A stretch of DNA of 63,534 nucleotides, filler included, from Octopus bimaculoides (taxonomy: Eukaryota), in NCBI RefSeq assembly GCF_001194135.2. It is 9 parts of 8 records of this genome, joined end to end, with 100 filler letters (N's around TTAATTAATTAA, not from the genome) between each part and the next. Parts side by side here need not be neighbours in the genome. Positions count along the whole stretch, not along the records: positions 19,165 to 26,047 come from NW_026334471.1; positions 26,148 to 42,321 come from NC_069004.1; 7 more parts are not named here. The stretch is one strand, 5' to 3'. The first letter of the stretch is position 1. Every line of letters starts with the position of its first letter. Below the pieces are notes generated by a model. It saw only the letters and a program-made list of their open reading frames with translations, was not told where the DNA came from and did not search any database. Shown here in pieces: positions 24,201 through 36,454 of the stretch. Made by a program: the position numbers and the translations under genes.

Positions 24201-25375
24201 GTGGAGGCACGTAGCTTAGTCGTTAGGGTATTCGGCTTACAATCGTCAAGTCGTGAGTTCGATTCCTACCAGCGCGTCGTGTCCTTGGGCAAGACACTTT
24301 CTTTTCCTAATCCACTCAGCTGACAAAAATAAATTGTACCTGTAATTCACGAAGGCCAGCCTTGTCACGTTTATGTCATACTGAATCTCCCTGTCAACTA
24401 CATTAATGATACACGTGTCTGTGGAGTACTCAACCACTTGCACATTAATTTAATTCTATAAGTAAACCTATAATTAACTACTAAATTATCTAACTAAATA
24501 GCAACCTAGCCCTCGAAGTCCATACAGATAATATCCCCACCAGTCTTCCATAGTTATTAATATAAAAGTGAAAGCTTTTACATTCTATTCTTTCGGAAAC
24601 AAAACAAACTCGATTGAACTTAACTAATAATATAATTAATTCTGAGTGAATTACACTATTTCATAACCGAAAAGTTAATAATTAAAACCCTCCATACGTA
24701 TTAAATATTCGTTGTCCTTACGTGCTCCGCTGTTAAACTTATACCAGTGATTTAATAAATAATATTAAAATATCCTTATTAAATCAGAACACCTGTAATT
24801 AACAATTATTATTAAAAACCTTGTTGCATACATAAACATATATACATGTAAATATATCTATACATTTAGATTATATCAACACAGGTATTTGTAGATATGT
24901 ATACATATGTATAGGCGCAGGAGTGGCTGTGTGGTAAGTAACTTGCTTACCAACCACATGGTTCCGGGTTCAGTCCCACTGCGTGGCATCTTGGGCAAAT
25001 GTCTTCTACTATAGCCTCGGGCCGACCAAATCCTTGTGAGTGGATTTGGTAGACGGAAACTGAAAGAAGCCCGTCGTATATATATNNNNNNNNNNNNNNN
25101 NNNNNNNNNNNNNNNNNNNNNNNNNNNNNNNNNNNNNNNNNNNNNNNNNNNNNNNNNNNNNNNNNNNNNNNNNNNNNNNNNNNNNNNNNNNNNNNNNNNN
25201 NNNNNNNNNNNNNNNNNNNNNNNNNNNNNNNNNNNNNNNNNNNNNNNNNNNNNNNNNNNNNNNNNNNNNNNNNNNNNNNNNNNNNNNNNNNNNNNNNNNN
25301 NNNNNNNNNNNNNNNNNNNNNNNNNNNNNNNNNNNNNNNNNNNNNNNNNNNNNNNNNNNNNNNNNNNNNNNNNNN

Positions 25376-25414
<39 letters not shown>

Positions 25415-26221
25415 TTGTGTGTCTGTGTTTGGCTCCCTAGCATTGCTTGACAGACGATGCTGGTGTGTTTATGTCACCGTCACTTAGCGGTTCGGCAAAA
25501 GAGACCGATAGAATAAGTACTAGGCTTACAAAGAATAAGTCCCGGGGTCGATTTGATCGACTAAAGGCGGTGCTCCAGCATGGCCTCAGTCAAATGACTG
25601 AAACAAGTAAAAGAGTATATGTGCACACTGACGCGCACACACATATTTTTGTATGATCTAAGCGTGATTATTACACAATACTGTATCGGTAATCGAAGTG
25701 GAGGGTGTCACAACGAATTCACCAACCCCCAATAGATAACTGTTACTAAATATTGTCGGCCGCCAACGAATGAAATACAAAGCTGACCTCGGTGCGAGTT
25801 GAACTTAAAACAAAGTAAGAGTGACGCAACGAAAATACCGGAAGGCATTTCGTCCGACATTCCAGTGACTCTGCTTATTTGGCCGCCATCTTTGTTATAA
25901 CAGCAAACAACAATGATTGCAACAACAACAACAACAACAACAACAGCAAACTGCAGTATTTCATTAACAGGAAATCCCGTTTGGAAGCCACAGAAGAACT
26001 GTCCTTTGCTCTCTTCATTCTCAGGCCTGGAATCATCTACACTTGGANNNNNNNNNNNNNNNNNNNNNNNNNNNNNNNNNNNNNNNNNNNNTTAATTAAT
26101 TAANNNNNNNNNNNNNNNNNNNNNNNNNNNNNNNNNNNNNNNNNNNNACACACACACACACACATACGCACGCACACTTGCGCCTCACCAAATACACCAC
26201 TCACATCATTTCGACATACAT

Positions 26222-26267
<46 letters not shown>

Positions 26268-26590
26268 TTCGTACACACATTGACACGCGTACACATACCA
26301 TACATACAAGCAACTCGCATACATTATATACATACGTTAAGCATGACGGAGAATTACAAATGTACCTCACTTTATGTAAAGTACACCACATACAGCGCAC
26401 CGCCTACAGCAGCATCAAACATCGCATCGCACACTGCATCATACAACTCATCAGGGTACTTATTTTATCGATCCCGAAAGGATGAAAGGCAAAGTCGAAC
26501 TCGGCGGAATCTGAACTCACAACGTAAAAGACGGATGAAATGCAGCTAAGCTTTTTTGATAGGCGTGCTAACGATTCTGCCTGCTCACCG

Positions 26591-26644
<54 letters not shown>

Positions 26645-26669
26645 TAATAATAATACAAATACAAATATA

Positions 26670-26863
26670 TATAACATACAGAAAATTGCACTACTGGGCA
26701 CTGCACACATTTTACGCAAAACACTTTCAATACAGTAACCATAAGAGCACCACAGCAAACCACAGCACATACCCAAGGCACACAGAGCTGCGCTCGGCAG
26801 TGAAGTGAAAGCACGTTATAAAAATAAAACTACTGAACAATAATAATAATAATAATAATAATA
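26670..26863 (+). mobile_element. 5'-truncated R4/Dong-type LINE end: last codons, 3' UTR and (AAT)n tail
   Basis: YNIQKIALLGTAHILRKTLSIQ* (the LQKAxLLGTAxILRK motif), about 100 nt of UTR, then (AAT)n. Another (AAT)n lies upstream at 26595-26652. Confidence 0.8.
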
Positions 26864-26874
26864 ACTGCAACAAC

Positions 26875-27345
26875 AACAACAAGTGCCCTGATGCTTTACT
26901 AGGCAGTGACTCTCATGGCTTCTGATCTGAACTGATTGGAAGTGTTAACTGATTGGAAGATGGTCTGTTGTAAATATTCTGCTCAATACCGCAGATTTGG
27001 TTCTCATTTGCTTGACCTTAACTAGTTGAGCACGTTCCTTAGTAGCTGGCGATATGTGCATCTCTGATCATGAGCAGGAGTAGTGGAAGAGCATCGTAGC
27101 CATGTGTTGAGAGGAATTCTTTGGCGTTTGAATAATTCACCCCTAGAAACATGGGTATTTCGTTCATCATCCTTAAACAACCCTTATTCAGGGACCTTTT
27201 GAGCGGGATGGGCTACTCAACCTGAAGAAAATTTTAACTGGGTCCCGACTGCAAGATCATGCACTGTTTATCTTGATATGAGATCACCGTGTTGCGCACA
27301 TATGGTTGTGATGCATGTATCTGGTGTACCCTTATCAGACAGTTG
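26875..27345 (+). mobile_element. 3' UTR of an (AAT)n-tailed LINE family; copies at 28640-28730 and 56420-56775
   Basis: ccttaaacaacccttattcagggaccttttgagc...gatatgagatcacc.tgttgcgcacatatggttgtgatgcatgt..ctggtgtacccttatcagac is shared. The 56.4-kb copy ends ctctctcactc(aat)n. The R4/Dong assignment is inferred. Confidence 0.65.
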
Positions 27346-27611
27346 TTTATATATTCTTATATTTGTATATTAAAGAAAACATTATGGANNNNNNNNNNNN
27401 NNNNNNNNNNNNNNNNNNNNNNNNNNNNNNNNNNNNNNNNNNNNNNNNNNNNNNNNNNNNNNNNNNNNNNNNNNNNNNNNNNNNNNNNNNNNNNNNNNNN
27501 NNNNNNNNNNNNNNNNNNNNNNNNNNNNNNNNNNNNNNNNNNNNNNNNNNNNNNNNNNNNNNNNNNNNNNNNNNNNNNNNNNNNNNNNNNNNNNNNNNNN
27601 NNNNNNNNNAA

Positions 27612-28215
27612 TACGTTCGAGGGTCGCTCGAGGTAAATCCCCGTAAAGCCACGGGTGCCCTGAGTTTTGGGGCAGATGCTTTTTCTCAGTTCCTCATCTC
27701 CGATTACAGGCGTATGCTCAAGGGCCGGGTCGTTCACTTGCACCGTGCTTGCCACTGCCATCGAAATGGCTGGAAGACAACACTTTCCTCCCCACTTTAA
27801 ATTTCTTCTCCGAGTGAAACTTGAAGTTGATAAGGGATTGGTCGAATAAGAATATGTTTAGAATATATTTCCAAATCTCTCAGAGAGATTTATGCAGCAG
27901 TGATACAATGAAGTAGTTGTATGCTGTCAGCTTAATGTGACAGTCCCCTGAAGGGAATACTACTACTGTTGTTTAGACCTAGGAAGCTGCACCGCTTCTT
28001 GTCGGCCTTGACACATTTCCTGTGTCCTTATGTTTACGAGGGGGAGACAAGCACCTCCACCCAACTAAGCCTGCATCCAGGGTGGAGGTGCGGGGCGATC
28101 TTCACGACAGATTCAGTTGATAGCCGGATCCGTCCCACATGCAACAGCTGCTGTACGACATAAACCCGCCGATCAGCAATGCTCGAGCACTGGACGAGTG
28201 CATGCAGAACGAATG
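27612..28215 (-). mobile_element. Degenerate Tx1/L1-type LINE ORF2 3' end
   Basis: Minus strand: VLHALVQCSSIADRRVYVVQQLLHVGRIRLSTESVVKIAP...QSLINFKFHSEKKFKVGRKVLS. This resembles the region after the zf-RVT motif of Tx1-like elements. The segment is GC-rich relative to its flanks. Confidence 0.55.
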
Positions 28216-28429
28216 ATAATTATAGTTTAGACACTTGATAGTTTAGATACTTGATGATAAATACCAAAACCATACAGAAGACTGTATGATAGACTGTGTA
28301 ACCCCCTATTAAATACAGTGTAACCCCTATAAAATGCAGCAATTCAGCGAAGAACATTTACATAAGAAGAATGGAGGTCTGTTTAGTAGTCGCCAAGTTG
28401 CCAGTACATGCTGTTTAAAGTGTCTATAA

Positions 28430-29210
28430 TTCTTTCAAGTTTTGGAACAAGGCCGGCATTGTTGAGAGTAAGGGGCCATCGATTACATCGACCCCACTAC
28501 ATAACTGCTACTTTATTTTAACGATCTCAAAAGGGATGAAAGGCAAAGCCGACCTCGGCGGAATTCGAACTCAGAACGTAAAGACAGGATGAAATATTGC
28601 CAAGCACTTTGCCTGGTGTGCTAACGATTCTGCCAAGCCATTTATTCAGGGACCTTTTGAACGGGACAGGCTACTCGACCTGAAGAAAATTCTAACTGGG
28701 CCCTACTTGCAAACTCATGCGCTGTTTATTGGAATTTGAACTCAAAATGTAACGAGCAGGAAGAAATACTACTAAGCATTTTGTTCAACGCACTAACGAT
28801 TCTGTCAGTTCACCGCATTTTTTAATGTGCCAATAGTTAATAATAATGATATAATTAATAATGATTTTCATCCGTTTTCTCTCCCTCTCCCTCTCTCTTT
28901 ATCTCCCCCTCTCTTTCTCTCCCTCTTTCTCTCTACCGACTGTACTAATTAATAACCCCACATCTTGTCTATGCAATGAACTAATGAACGTTTCGAGGAA
29001 AAAATAACGATAAAATTTGTTTTTATAAAAGCAGCGAGCTGACAAAATCGTTGGCACGCCGGGCAAAGTGCTTCCCAACATTTCGTCCGTCTTTACGTTC
29101 TGAGTTCAAATTCTGTCACGGTCAACTTTATCTTTCGTCCTTTCAGGATCGATTAAAATAAGTACCAGCTAAGCACTGGGATTGAACGTGCTGGCCTTGT
29201 GTCAAAATTT
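28430..29210. mobile_element. SINE family B copies at 28430-28640 (-), 28730-28815 (-) and 29030-29210 (+); others at 25700-25880 (-), 26440-26590 (-), 33260-33470 (+) and 38770-38900 (-)
   Basis: All share the ggtgagctggcagaatcgttagcacgccgggc / gagttcaaattc / gaggtcgactttgcctttcatcc motifs. Confidence 0.8.
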
Positions 29211-30230
29211 TAAAACAATATTTGTTTTTACATCCAACACATCGTATTTGACAACATATAAGAGATTTTTTCTCCAAAAAAAAAAAACGCTTTAAAAAAA
29301 ATCAACCTGGGTCTTATATGCGACGTCAGCCCTATATTATGTAATTTCATGCACTAAAAACTATTTTGCCTTGAATACGCGCTACTGAAATTGGGATGCA
29401 TCTTATACGCCTGCTTGTCATTTATGTCACCAAATACAGTAAATATGTTAATCATTTGGAATTAGGCAGTGTTTAACCTCAAGTCAAACCTGATAAATAA
29501 GACCTGTGACTGAATTGTTCCAGGCGTCCTTTATCTGCTTTTTTTTCCCACATAATGTATCTTTTATCTTTTACTTGTTTCAGTCATTAGTCTGCGGCCA
29601 TCCTGGGGCACCACCTGGAAGAATTTTAGTTTTAGTCGAATGAGTCAACCCTACTATATATATATATCTTTTTTTTTTTCGTTAAGCCTGATACTTATTC
29701 TATCGGTCTCTTGTGCCGAACAGCTAAGTTACAGGGATGTACCGATTGTCAAGCGGTTGTAGGGGACAAACACAGACACAAAGAACACACACACATGACA
29801 GGCTTCATCCAGTTTCCGTCTACCAGACAGACAGACAGACAGACAGACAGACAGTCAGATAGATAGATAGATAGAGATATACATACATACATACATACAT
29901 ACATACATACATACATACATACATACATGCATGCACACACACACACACACATATATATAGTTTTTTTATGGGCTATACTTGTGAAGTGGTCATAAAAAAA
30001 CAATATGTACTCTCGTTAGATGGAGTACTCTTTTGAACCTGGACATACGGACCTATTCATTAATATATATATATNNNNNNNNNNNNNNNNNNNNNNNNNN
30101 NNNNNNNNNNNNNNNNNNNNNNNNNTATATATACATGCATAATACATACATATTTATATGTATGTATACATTTGAGCATGGGGACGCAGAATTACCCTTG
30201 GTTGGTGTCAGGGTGTGCAGTAAAACCACC

Positions 30231-30883
30231 GAGAATGCGGGACCCCTATCTGTTGGCAGAGCATCTTTCTAGAAGTGTGATACCCTGATGTAAAACCTTC
30301 ACTTTCACATGATTGCTGGTCATCTTGCTTCGGCCTGTTTTTGGTTACTAATTACAGAGGCTCAGATAATTGTATTCGAGTTGTACAAGTGTTTGTCACT
30401 ATATTCCAGTGATGTACAGATGTCTCTTTATGGTGACTTCATTTGTCATTTGTCATTTGTCATTCCATCTACTGAAAGTTCTATGGTAAGAGTAATTCCT
30501 TCAGGAGAGCCAACTTCCGGGCTTTATAGAGAATTCTTTAAAGTAAATAAATACCTGTTGTGTGGCTGCTCCCAGGCGATAAGTAGGCTAGTCCAATACG
30601 TATAAATAGCTAGACGAAAAACGTCGAGCAGAGCGGAAAAGCGAGAGAGCGAGACGGAGTCGACGGTAGACTAGACGTTGAGTTCGGTAGAGTCGAGTCG
30701 TCGGAAGTGAGTGTTGAGTAGAGGTCATCCGCACGTGCGATATAACAATTCCAGAGGGAGTAAGGGAACCCTTACAATTGTCAGAGTATCCTATTAGGAG
30801 AGTGACTCTCTGATGTGAAACCTGCAGTTTCATGCGGTTACTAGTCATCTCGCTACAGCCTGTCATTTGGTACTAATCACAGA
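30231..30883 (+). repeat. Segment bounded by ~125-bp diverged direct repeats (30231-30358 and 30756-30883), LTR-like interior
   Basis: ctgatgtaaaaccttcactttcacatgattgctggtcatcttgcttcggcctgtttttggttactaattacaga versus ctgatgtgaaacctgcagtttcatgcggttactagtcatctcgctacagcctgtcatttggtactaatcacaga. TATAAATA at 30601-30608 is followed by a purine-rich CpG-containing stretch. Confidence 0.6.
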
Positions 30884-31129
30884 AGGGAGAATTTAAGAAA
30901 AAACAACAACAGACGAGGACAGGTGGTGTAAACAACAAAAGGATGTATTAGTTTAACGCTCGGGAATAGAGAAAGTCTTTAACGTTTCGAGCTACGCTCT
31001 TCAACAGAAAGAAATAAGGAGAAAAACAAGGAGAAACAAATTTTTTTTAATATCGTGGTCAGCGATCTATCATGGCGACTCACAGAAGCTCTATAATCCA
31101 GTGACGTACAGATGATTCTTTGTGTCTTT

Positions 31130-31370
31130 GTGGTGACGTCATATGTCATTTCATCTACGGGAAGTCCTATGGCGATGGAAGAACGGCAGCATATATTGAT
31201 CTAACCAGTTGGAAGCACGCAGAGTAAGTAACAGCTTTCGTCTGTCACCTATGCTTCAAACCATGGAGATATGCAACGGGAATGAATAGTCATCTGAGAA
31301 GTCATGGACGGAAAGTCAGGGATGCCATTGACAACGAGGAAGCTCAAGGTGACAGCAATCACCAGTGAAA
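31130..31370 (+). mobile_element. LINE (probably RTE-like) C-terminal fragment with a C2H2 zinc finger
   Basis: FVCHLCFKPWRYATGMNSHLRSHGRK is encoded at about 31236-31315. There is an upstream in-frame stop, and no splice signals were recognised. Confidence 0.5.
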
Positions 31371-33824
31371 CAATCAACACACACATATATATACATGTAC
31401 ACACGCACATACATACAAATATATAGATACATACACATATTAGGCGCAGGAGTGACTGTGTGGTAAGTAGCTTGCTTACCAACCACATGGTTCCGGGTTC
31501 AGTCCCACTGCGTGGCACCTTGGGCGAGTGTCTTCTACTATAGCCTCGGGACGACCAAAGCCTTGTGAGTGGATTTGGTAAACGGAAACTGAAAGAAGCC
31601 CGTCGTATATATGTATGTGTGTTTGTGTGTCTGTGTTTGTCCCCCCACCATCGCTTGACAACCGATGCTGGTGTGTTTACGTCCCCGTAACTTAGCGGTT
31701 CGGCAAAAGGAGACCGATAGAATAAGTACTAGGCTTACAAAGAATAAGTCTTGGGGTCGATTTTCTCGACTAAAGGCGATGCTCCAGCATGGCCGCAGTC
31801 AAATGACTGAAACAAGTAAAAGAGTAAAGAGAGAATATTAATACACACAACATACAATACGCACGAATAAGCAAATACATATGCACACACGCACGCACAC
31901 ACACACACACACACTCACACAGAATTTTCGGTTTTTATAAACATTTGTAACTCCACTTAACACTTGTTAACTAACAACATTAATAAACTTATCTTCAACT
32001 TCACTGAAACTAGCAACTAACTGAATCAATATTTTAGTTCATCTCCTCTTGTACGGCTACTCATTCGCTTTGCTTTCTTCTTTTCTCTTTCAATAAGAAT
32101 CCAAAAAGAATGCATTAACTTATAAACTTCAGTCGACGTTTGAGCGAAAATACGAGGATTCTTCAAAAGACAGACGTGATTAGATCGAAAAGATATCAAA
32201 GAAATCACGACCGTACCCCCCAGCTATGGCTATTCACTTCTGTTGCTGTTACGATGTTTCAAAACATATTCTGGTAGTATTGTTAGTGGTTTAGCGGTAG
32301 GATTCGTTGAAACATTGTGGTCGTGGTGTCAGAGGCTCTGACCTCGATTACAATAAGCGGGAACGGGGTCTAGAGAAGTTGAACTCTGATTATTAACTTA
32401 GCCAAACGTCTATTCAAAAAATAGTACTGCCACTGGTTACAGTGTTGAGAGGTACTTATCTCCACCACCACTGCCTCCGCTGCCGCCACCACAACCGCTG
32501 CTCCCACTACCACCGCCGCTGCCCCCGCTACCGCTGCCGCTGCCGCCGCCGCCGCCGCCGCTACCATCACCGCTTCCACCGTTATCGCCATCGCCATCGC
32601 CGCCNNNNNNNNNNNNNNNNNNNNNNNNNNNNNNNNNNNNNNNNNNNNNNNNNNNNNNNNNNNNNNNNNNNNNNNNNNNNNNNNNNNNNNNNNNNNNNNN
32701 NNNNNNNNNNNNNNNNNNNNNNNNNNNNNNNNNNNNNNNNNNNNNNNNNNNNNNNNNNNNNNNNNNNNNNNNNNNNNNNNNNNNNNNNNNNNNNNNNNNN
32801 NNNNNNNNNNNNNNCCACCGCCGCCACCACGGCCACCATCTTTGCCGCCGCCACCGCCAGCGTGACCACCAGCACCATCATCACCACTAAACCAAAATCT
32901 TTCAAACATTTACTTTCACTTTCGAAGTATTTCTTTCGTGCCACCCTTGATTTGTACCCGCCCCTCTTGCTTTGTGCCACGCCTGGGCTGTGCCATATTT
33001 GCTATCGTTAGCTTCATCCTTCCATCATACATCAACCGCAACTGTATTTTGACGTTTAACGCAACTGTTTCAGGTCTTCATACACCGGTCGTTATACGTA
33101 CAGCATTAAACATGGTCATGAGACAATCAAATTGATTGATAATGGCGGCGAACCATAGCAAAAATAGAATTGATGATGCTGTTGTGGCTATTGTTGTTGT
33201 TGTTAGTGATGGTGGTGGTGGTGATGGTGCTGTTTTTGCTGTTGTTGTTGTTGTAAGACGGTGAGCTGGCAGAATCGTTAGCACGCCGGGCAAAATGCTT
33301 AGCGGTATTTCGTCCGTCTTTCACGTTCTTGAGTTCAAATACCGCCGAGGTCGACTTCGCCTTTCATCCTTTCGGGGGTCGATGAATTATATACCAGTTG
33401 AGCACTGGGGGGTCGATGTAATCGACTTCAACCCTTCTCCTAAAATAACTGGCCTTGTGCCAAACTTTGAGATCATTTTTGGTGTTGTTGTTGTTGTTGT
33501 TGATGGTGTGGTTGTTGTAGGCGGTGTTTGTGATGTTGTTGATATCTTTTGGTCACGTGTGCGGGTATTTATGTACAGAGACCCTGGTAAACGGGGTCTG
33601 TACATTCATGCTGAGCTGGTAGAGCTGCTATGACTTTTGATGGGTTCTCGCCTCTGTCTTCTGTTTAACTCCACCGATTTTCCAATTCATATTCGTTATA
33701 TCCCGTCCGTCTTCATCTTTGCGGCCATGAAAGAAATCTCCCTCCTCCTCCTCCTCCTCCTCCTTATCATTATAAGTAGCAGTAGCAGCAGCAGCAGTAG
33801 TAGTAGTAGCAGCAGCAGCAGCAT

Positions 33825-33884
<60 letters not shown>

Positions 33885-34044
33885 CAGTGGTGGTAGCAGC
33901 AGCAGCAGTAGAAGTAGCAGCAACAGTAGTAGTAGTAGTAGCAGCAACAGCAACAGCAGCAACAGCAGTAGTAGTAGTAGTAGTAGTAGCAGTGGTGGTA
34001 GCAGCAGCAGTAGTAGTAACAGCAGCAACAGTAGTAGTAACAGC

Positions 34045-34094
<50 letters not shown>

Positions 34095-34116
34095 CAGTAG
34101 CAGCAACAGCAGTAGT

Positions 34117-34148
<32 letters not shown>

Positions 34149-34184
34149 CAGTAGCAGCAACAGCAGTAGTAGTAGTAGTAGTAT

Positions 34185-34240
<56 letters not shown>

Positions 34241-34592
34241 TTGTAGTTCAACGCCTTACAGTTCAGCGCCTTCGAGTAAATCCCGCCGCGTATCAAAACC
34301 TGTGATCGATCAAACAAGAACCGAGCTTGAATAATTAAAATCTCACACCTCGCAGCGAGTGACGGGATCCATTTTCTGCAGCTAAACACATCTAGTCTTG
34401 CCTTGAGTGGATAATTAGACTCGTTTGTCTTTTTTGTCAATGAAACATCATGCTACGTACACACAAAAAAACAACAAAACAAAAACAATATTCACTGAGT
34501 TTATGTCTCGATATGAGAAAGAGTGAGAGGGGGAGTGAGAGGAGAGAGAGAAACGAAGGAGATTGAGAAAGAGAGTGAGAGAAAGACGAATG

Positions 34593-34643
<51 letters not shown>

Positions 34644-35000
34644 GAGAGAGAGGAAAAGACGAAGGAGACTGCGAGAAAGAGAAGGAGAGAGGAAAGGACA
34701 AAGGAGATTGAGAGAGAGAGAGAGAGAGGAAAATACGAAAGAGATTGTGAGGAGAGAGAAGGAGATTGAGAGAGAAAGTGAAAGAAAGAAATAAGAAAGA
34801 CCTGGGGATATTCAAAGAACCGAGAAATCGCAAATGTCCGTTGGCTGATCACGTGATCTCATTACCGTGAAACTGGACCCAAAGCAAAGTTTTAATGTCA
34901 CACTATGTATGCATATAAAAACCTAGATAAAATGAAGATAAATACCAGTGATTTACTGGGGAAACACACTGTTCGCTTCCGATGTGTCAAATCAAAAAAG

Positions 35001-35394
35001 AAACAAGAGCACTCAGAGAGCGCAGACCTCCGCCAAGGCAACACCAACGTCCTCTCAACGATTAGCCAGAGATGATTTTTAAAATGAAAATATCTGAAAT
35101 AAACTCAACTCATACTAAAACTCAACTGCTCTCACAAACTCTCGTTCATACTAAAACTGAACTCGACCGCTCTGAAAATTTAAGTAAAAAACGGAAAATA
35201 ATCCAGAATCCTTGTCCGGTACCGGATCGATCCCCAAATCTAATCAGTTCGTGCCAGTCACAAGGCCAAACATCCCTGAAAGTTTCATCCGAATCCATCC
35301 AGCGGTTCTTGAGATATCTTGTCCACGGACAAACAAACAAACAAACAAACACGACTGAAAACAATACCTTCGCCTTAGTGAAGACGGAAGTAAT
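35001..35394 (+). mobile_element. DINE-1/HINE-like non-autonomous Helentron-type element
   Basis: 5' aacaagagcactcagagagcgcagACCTCCGCC, an internal (ACAA)n microsatellite near the 3' end, and a 3' imperfect hairpin taccttcgcc..gacggaagta that repeats the 5' subterminal motif. Confidence 0.6.
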
Positions 35395-35784
35395 AAATCA
35401 TAATTATTAACAATTGGAAGCGTCGCGATTTTTCAGACAACAGAACGGTATCTTGGTCGATAGAATAGCAGCATACTCGAACGCACACGAATTTGTTTTT
35501 TAACTGACAGAAGTCTTTTAAATGGCACAAATTGCTTGAGTAACTCTTCCTCCGTATTACGTCTTTTCTCCATTGCAGGCAAATAACACAGTGTATCGGA
35601 ATTTTTATTTTTATTTATTCTTTTGCTCTTTTACTCTTTTATTTGTTTCAGTCATTTGATTGCGGCCATGCTGGAGCACCGCTTTTTATCGAACAAATCG
35701 ATCTCAGGACTTATTCTTTGTAAGCTTAGTACTTATTCTATCTGTCTCTTTTGCCGAACCGCCAACAAATCAGGCAATCGATAA

Positions 35785-36119
35785 ATCACGCTGGTCAGTA
35801 TTCCCTCATCCACTGTGTAGCCCAGATCTGGTGCTCTTCTACTTCCATCATTTTGGTCGAATGAAAGACAATCTTCAGGTACAACGATTCGAGACAGCCG
35901 AGGTGAGAGTTGCTGTAAAAGTGAGGGTAAATCAGTGCACAGATGAAGTTTTAAAATGATGATTCAAGAGTTGAGTTCAACGACGGCGCAAACACATCTT
36001 TGTGATGAAGACTATGTTGAGCAGTACTTTTTGCAGAGGGGATGACTAAATTTACTCACAATATCAGTTAATGGAAAGGTTATGTGTCCACTTTTAAATC
36101 ACTTTCACTAGAACTCTCA
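35785..36119 (+). pseudogene. Mariner transposase C-terminal relic with a probable right TIR
   Basis: WSVFPHPLCSPDLVLFYFHHFGRMKDNLQVQRFETAEV matches the HPPYSPDLAPSDF.LF..MK motif, followed later by EDYVEQ. Confidence 0.8.
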
Positions 36120-36171
36120 TATATATATATGTACATAGTGGTTGTCTACTCCTTACACAGAGTTTGACCAC

Positions 36172-36450
36172 CTACACCTTAGCCCGTTCATGGCGTCTGA
36201 TGTGGCTTTTTAAACCAGACAGTGTTTTGAAAAAACACCCACACAGATTGCGCCTCTGATTTGCACTACCAATACCTGCAAGTAAGTTCTGCTCATTGTG
36301 GATCCTAACATGTCTTTTAAGACCCCCATTGGATTTGCAAACCCTCTGGCACACGCCACATTAAAACGTGTGCACAGACATATAATCAGAATAGCTGGTT
36401 GAAGTTTGTTTTCCATGGGTTCGCAGGTGAGATTTGAGGCCAGCCAAAGA
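36172..36450 (-). mobile_element. LINE-type C-terminal fragment with three tandem C2H2 zinc-finger modules (one in-frame stop)
   Basis: LSLAGLKSHLRTH...F*CGVCQRVCKSNGGLKRHVRIH...NLCGCFFKTLSGLKSHIRRH, all in one frame. There are no TGEKP linkers. Confidence 0.55.
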
Positions 36451-36454
36451 CAGA

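Noticed and set aside
31442-31515. tRNA-like heads of SINE families A, B and D as tRNA genes
   Set aside because: They have A and B boxes but continue into SINE bodies, and I could not fold them into full cloverleaves.
32026-32208. 60-aa minus-strand ORF (…NPRIFAQTSTEVYKLMHSFWILIEREKKKAKR…)
   Set aside because: No recognisable domain and no supporting partner exons, so it is left unannotated.
33628-34440. Long poly-S/T/L/V/A ORFs here and at 19421-20151, 32370-33011, 38937-39802, 42013-42369, 57557-58700 and 58736-59275
   Set aside because: These are stop-free frames of tri- and tetranucleotide repeats, open in several frames and on both strands, with no splice or homology support.
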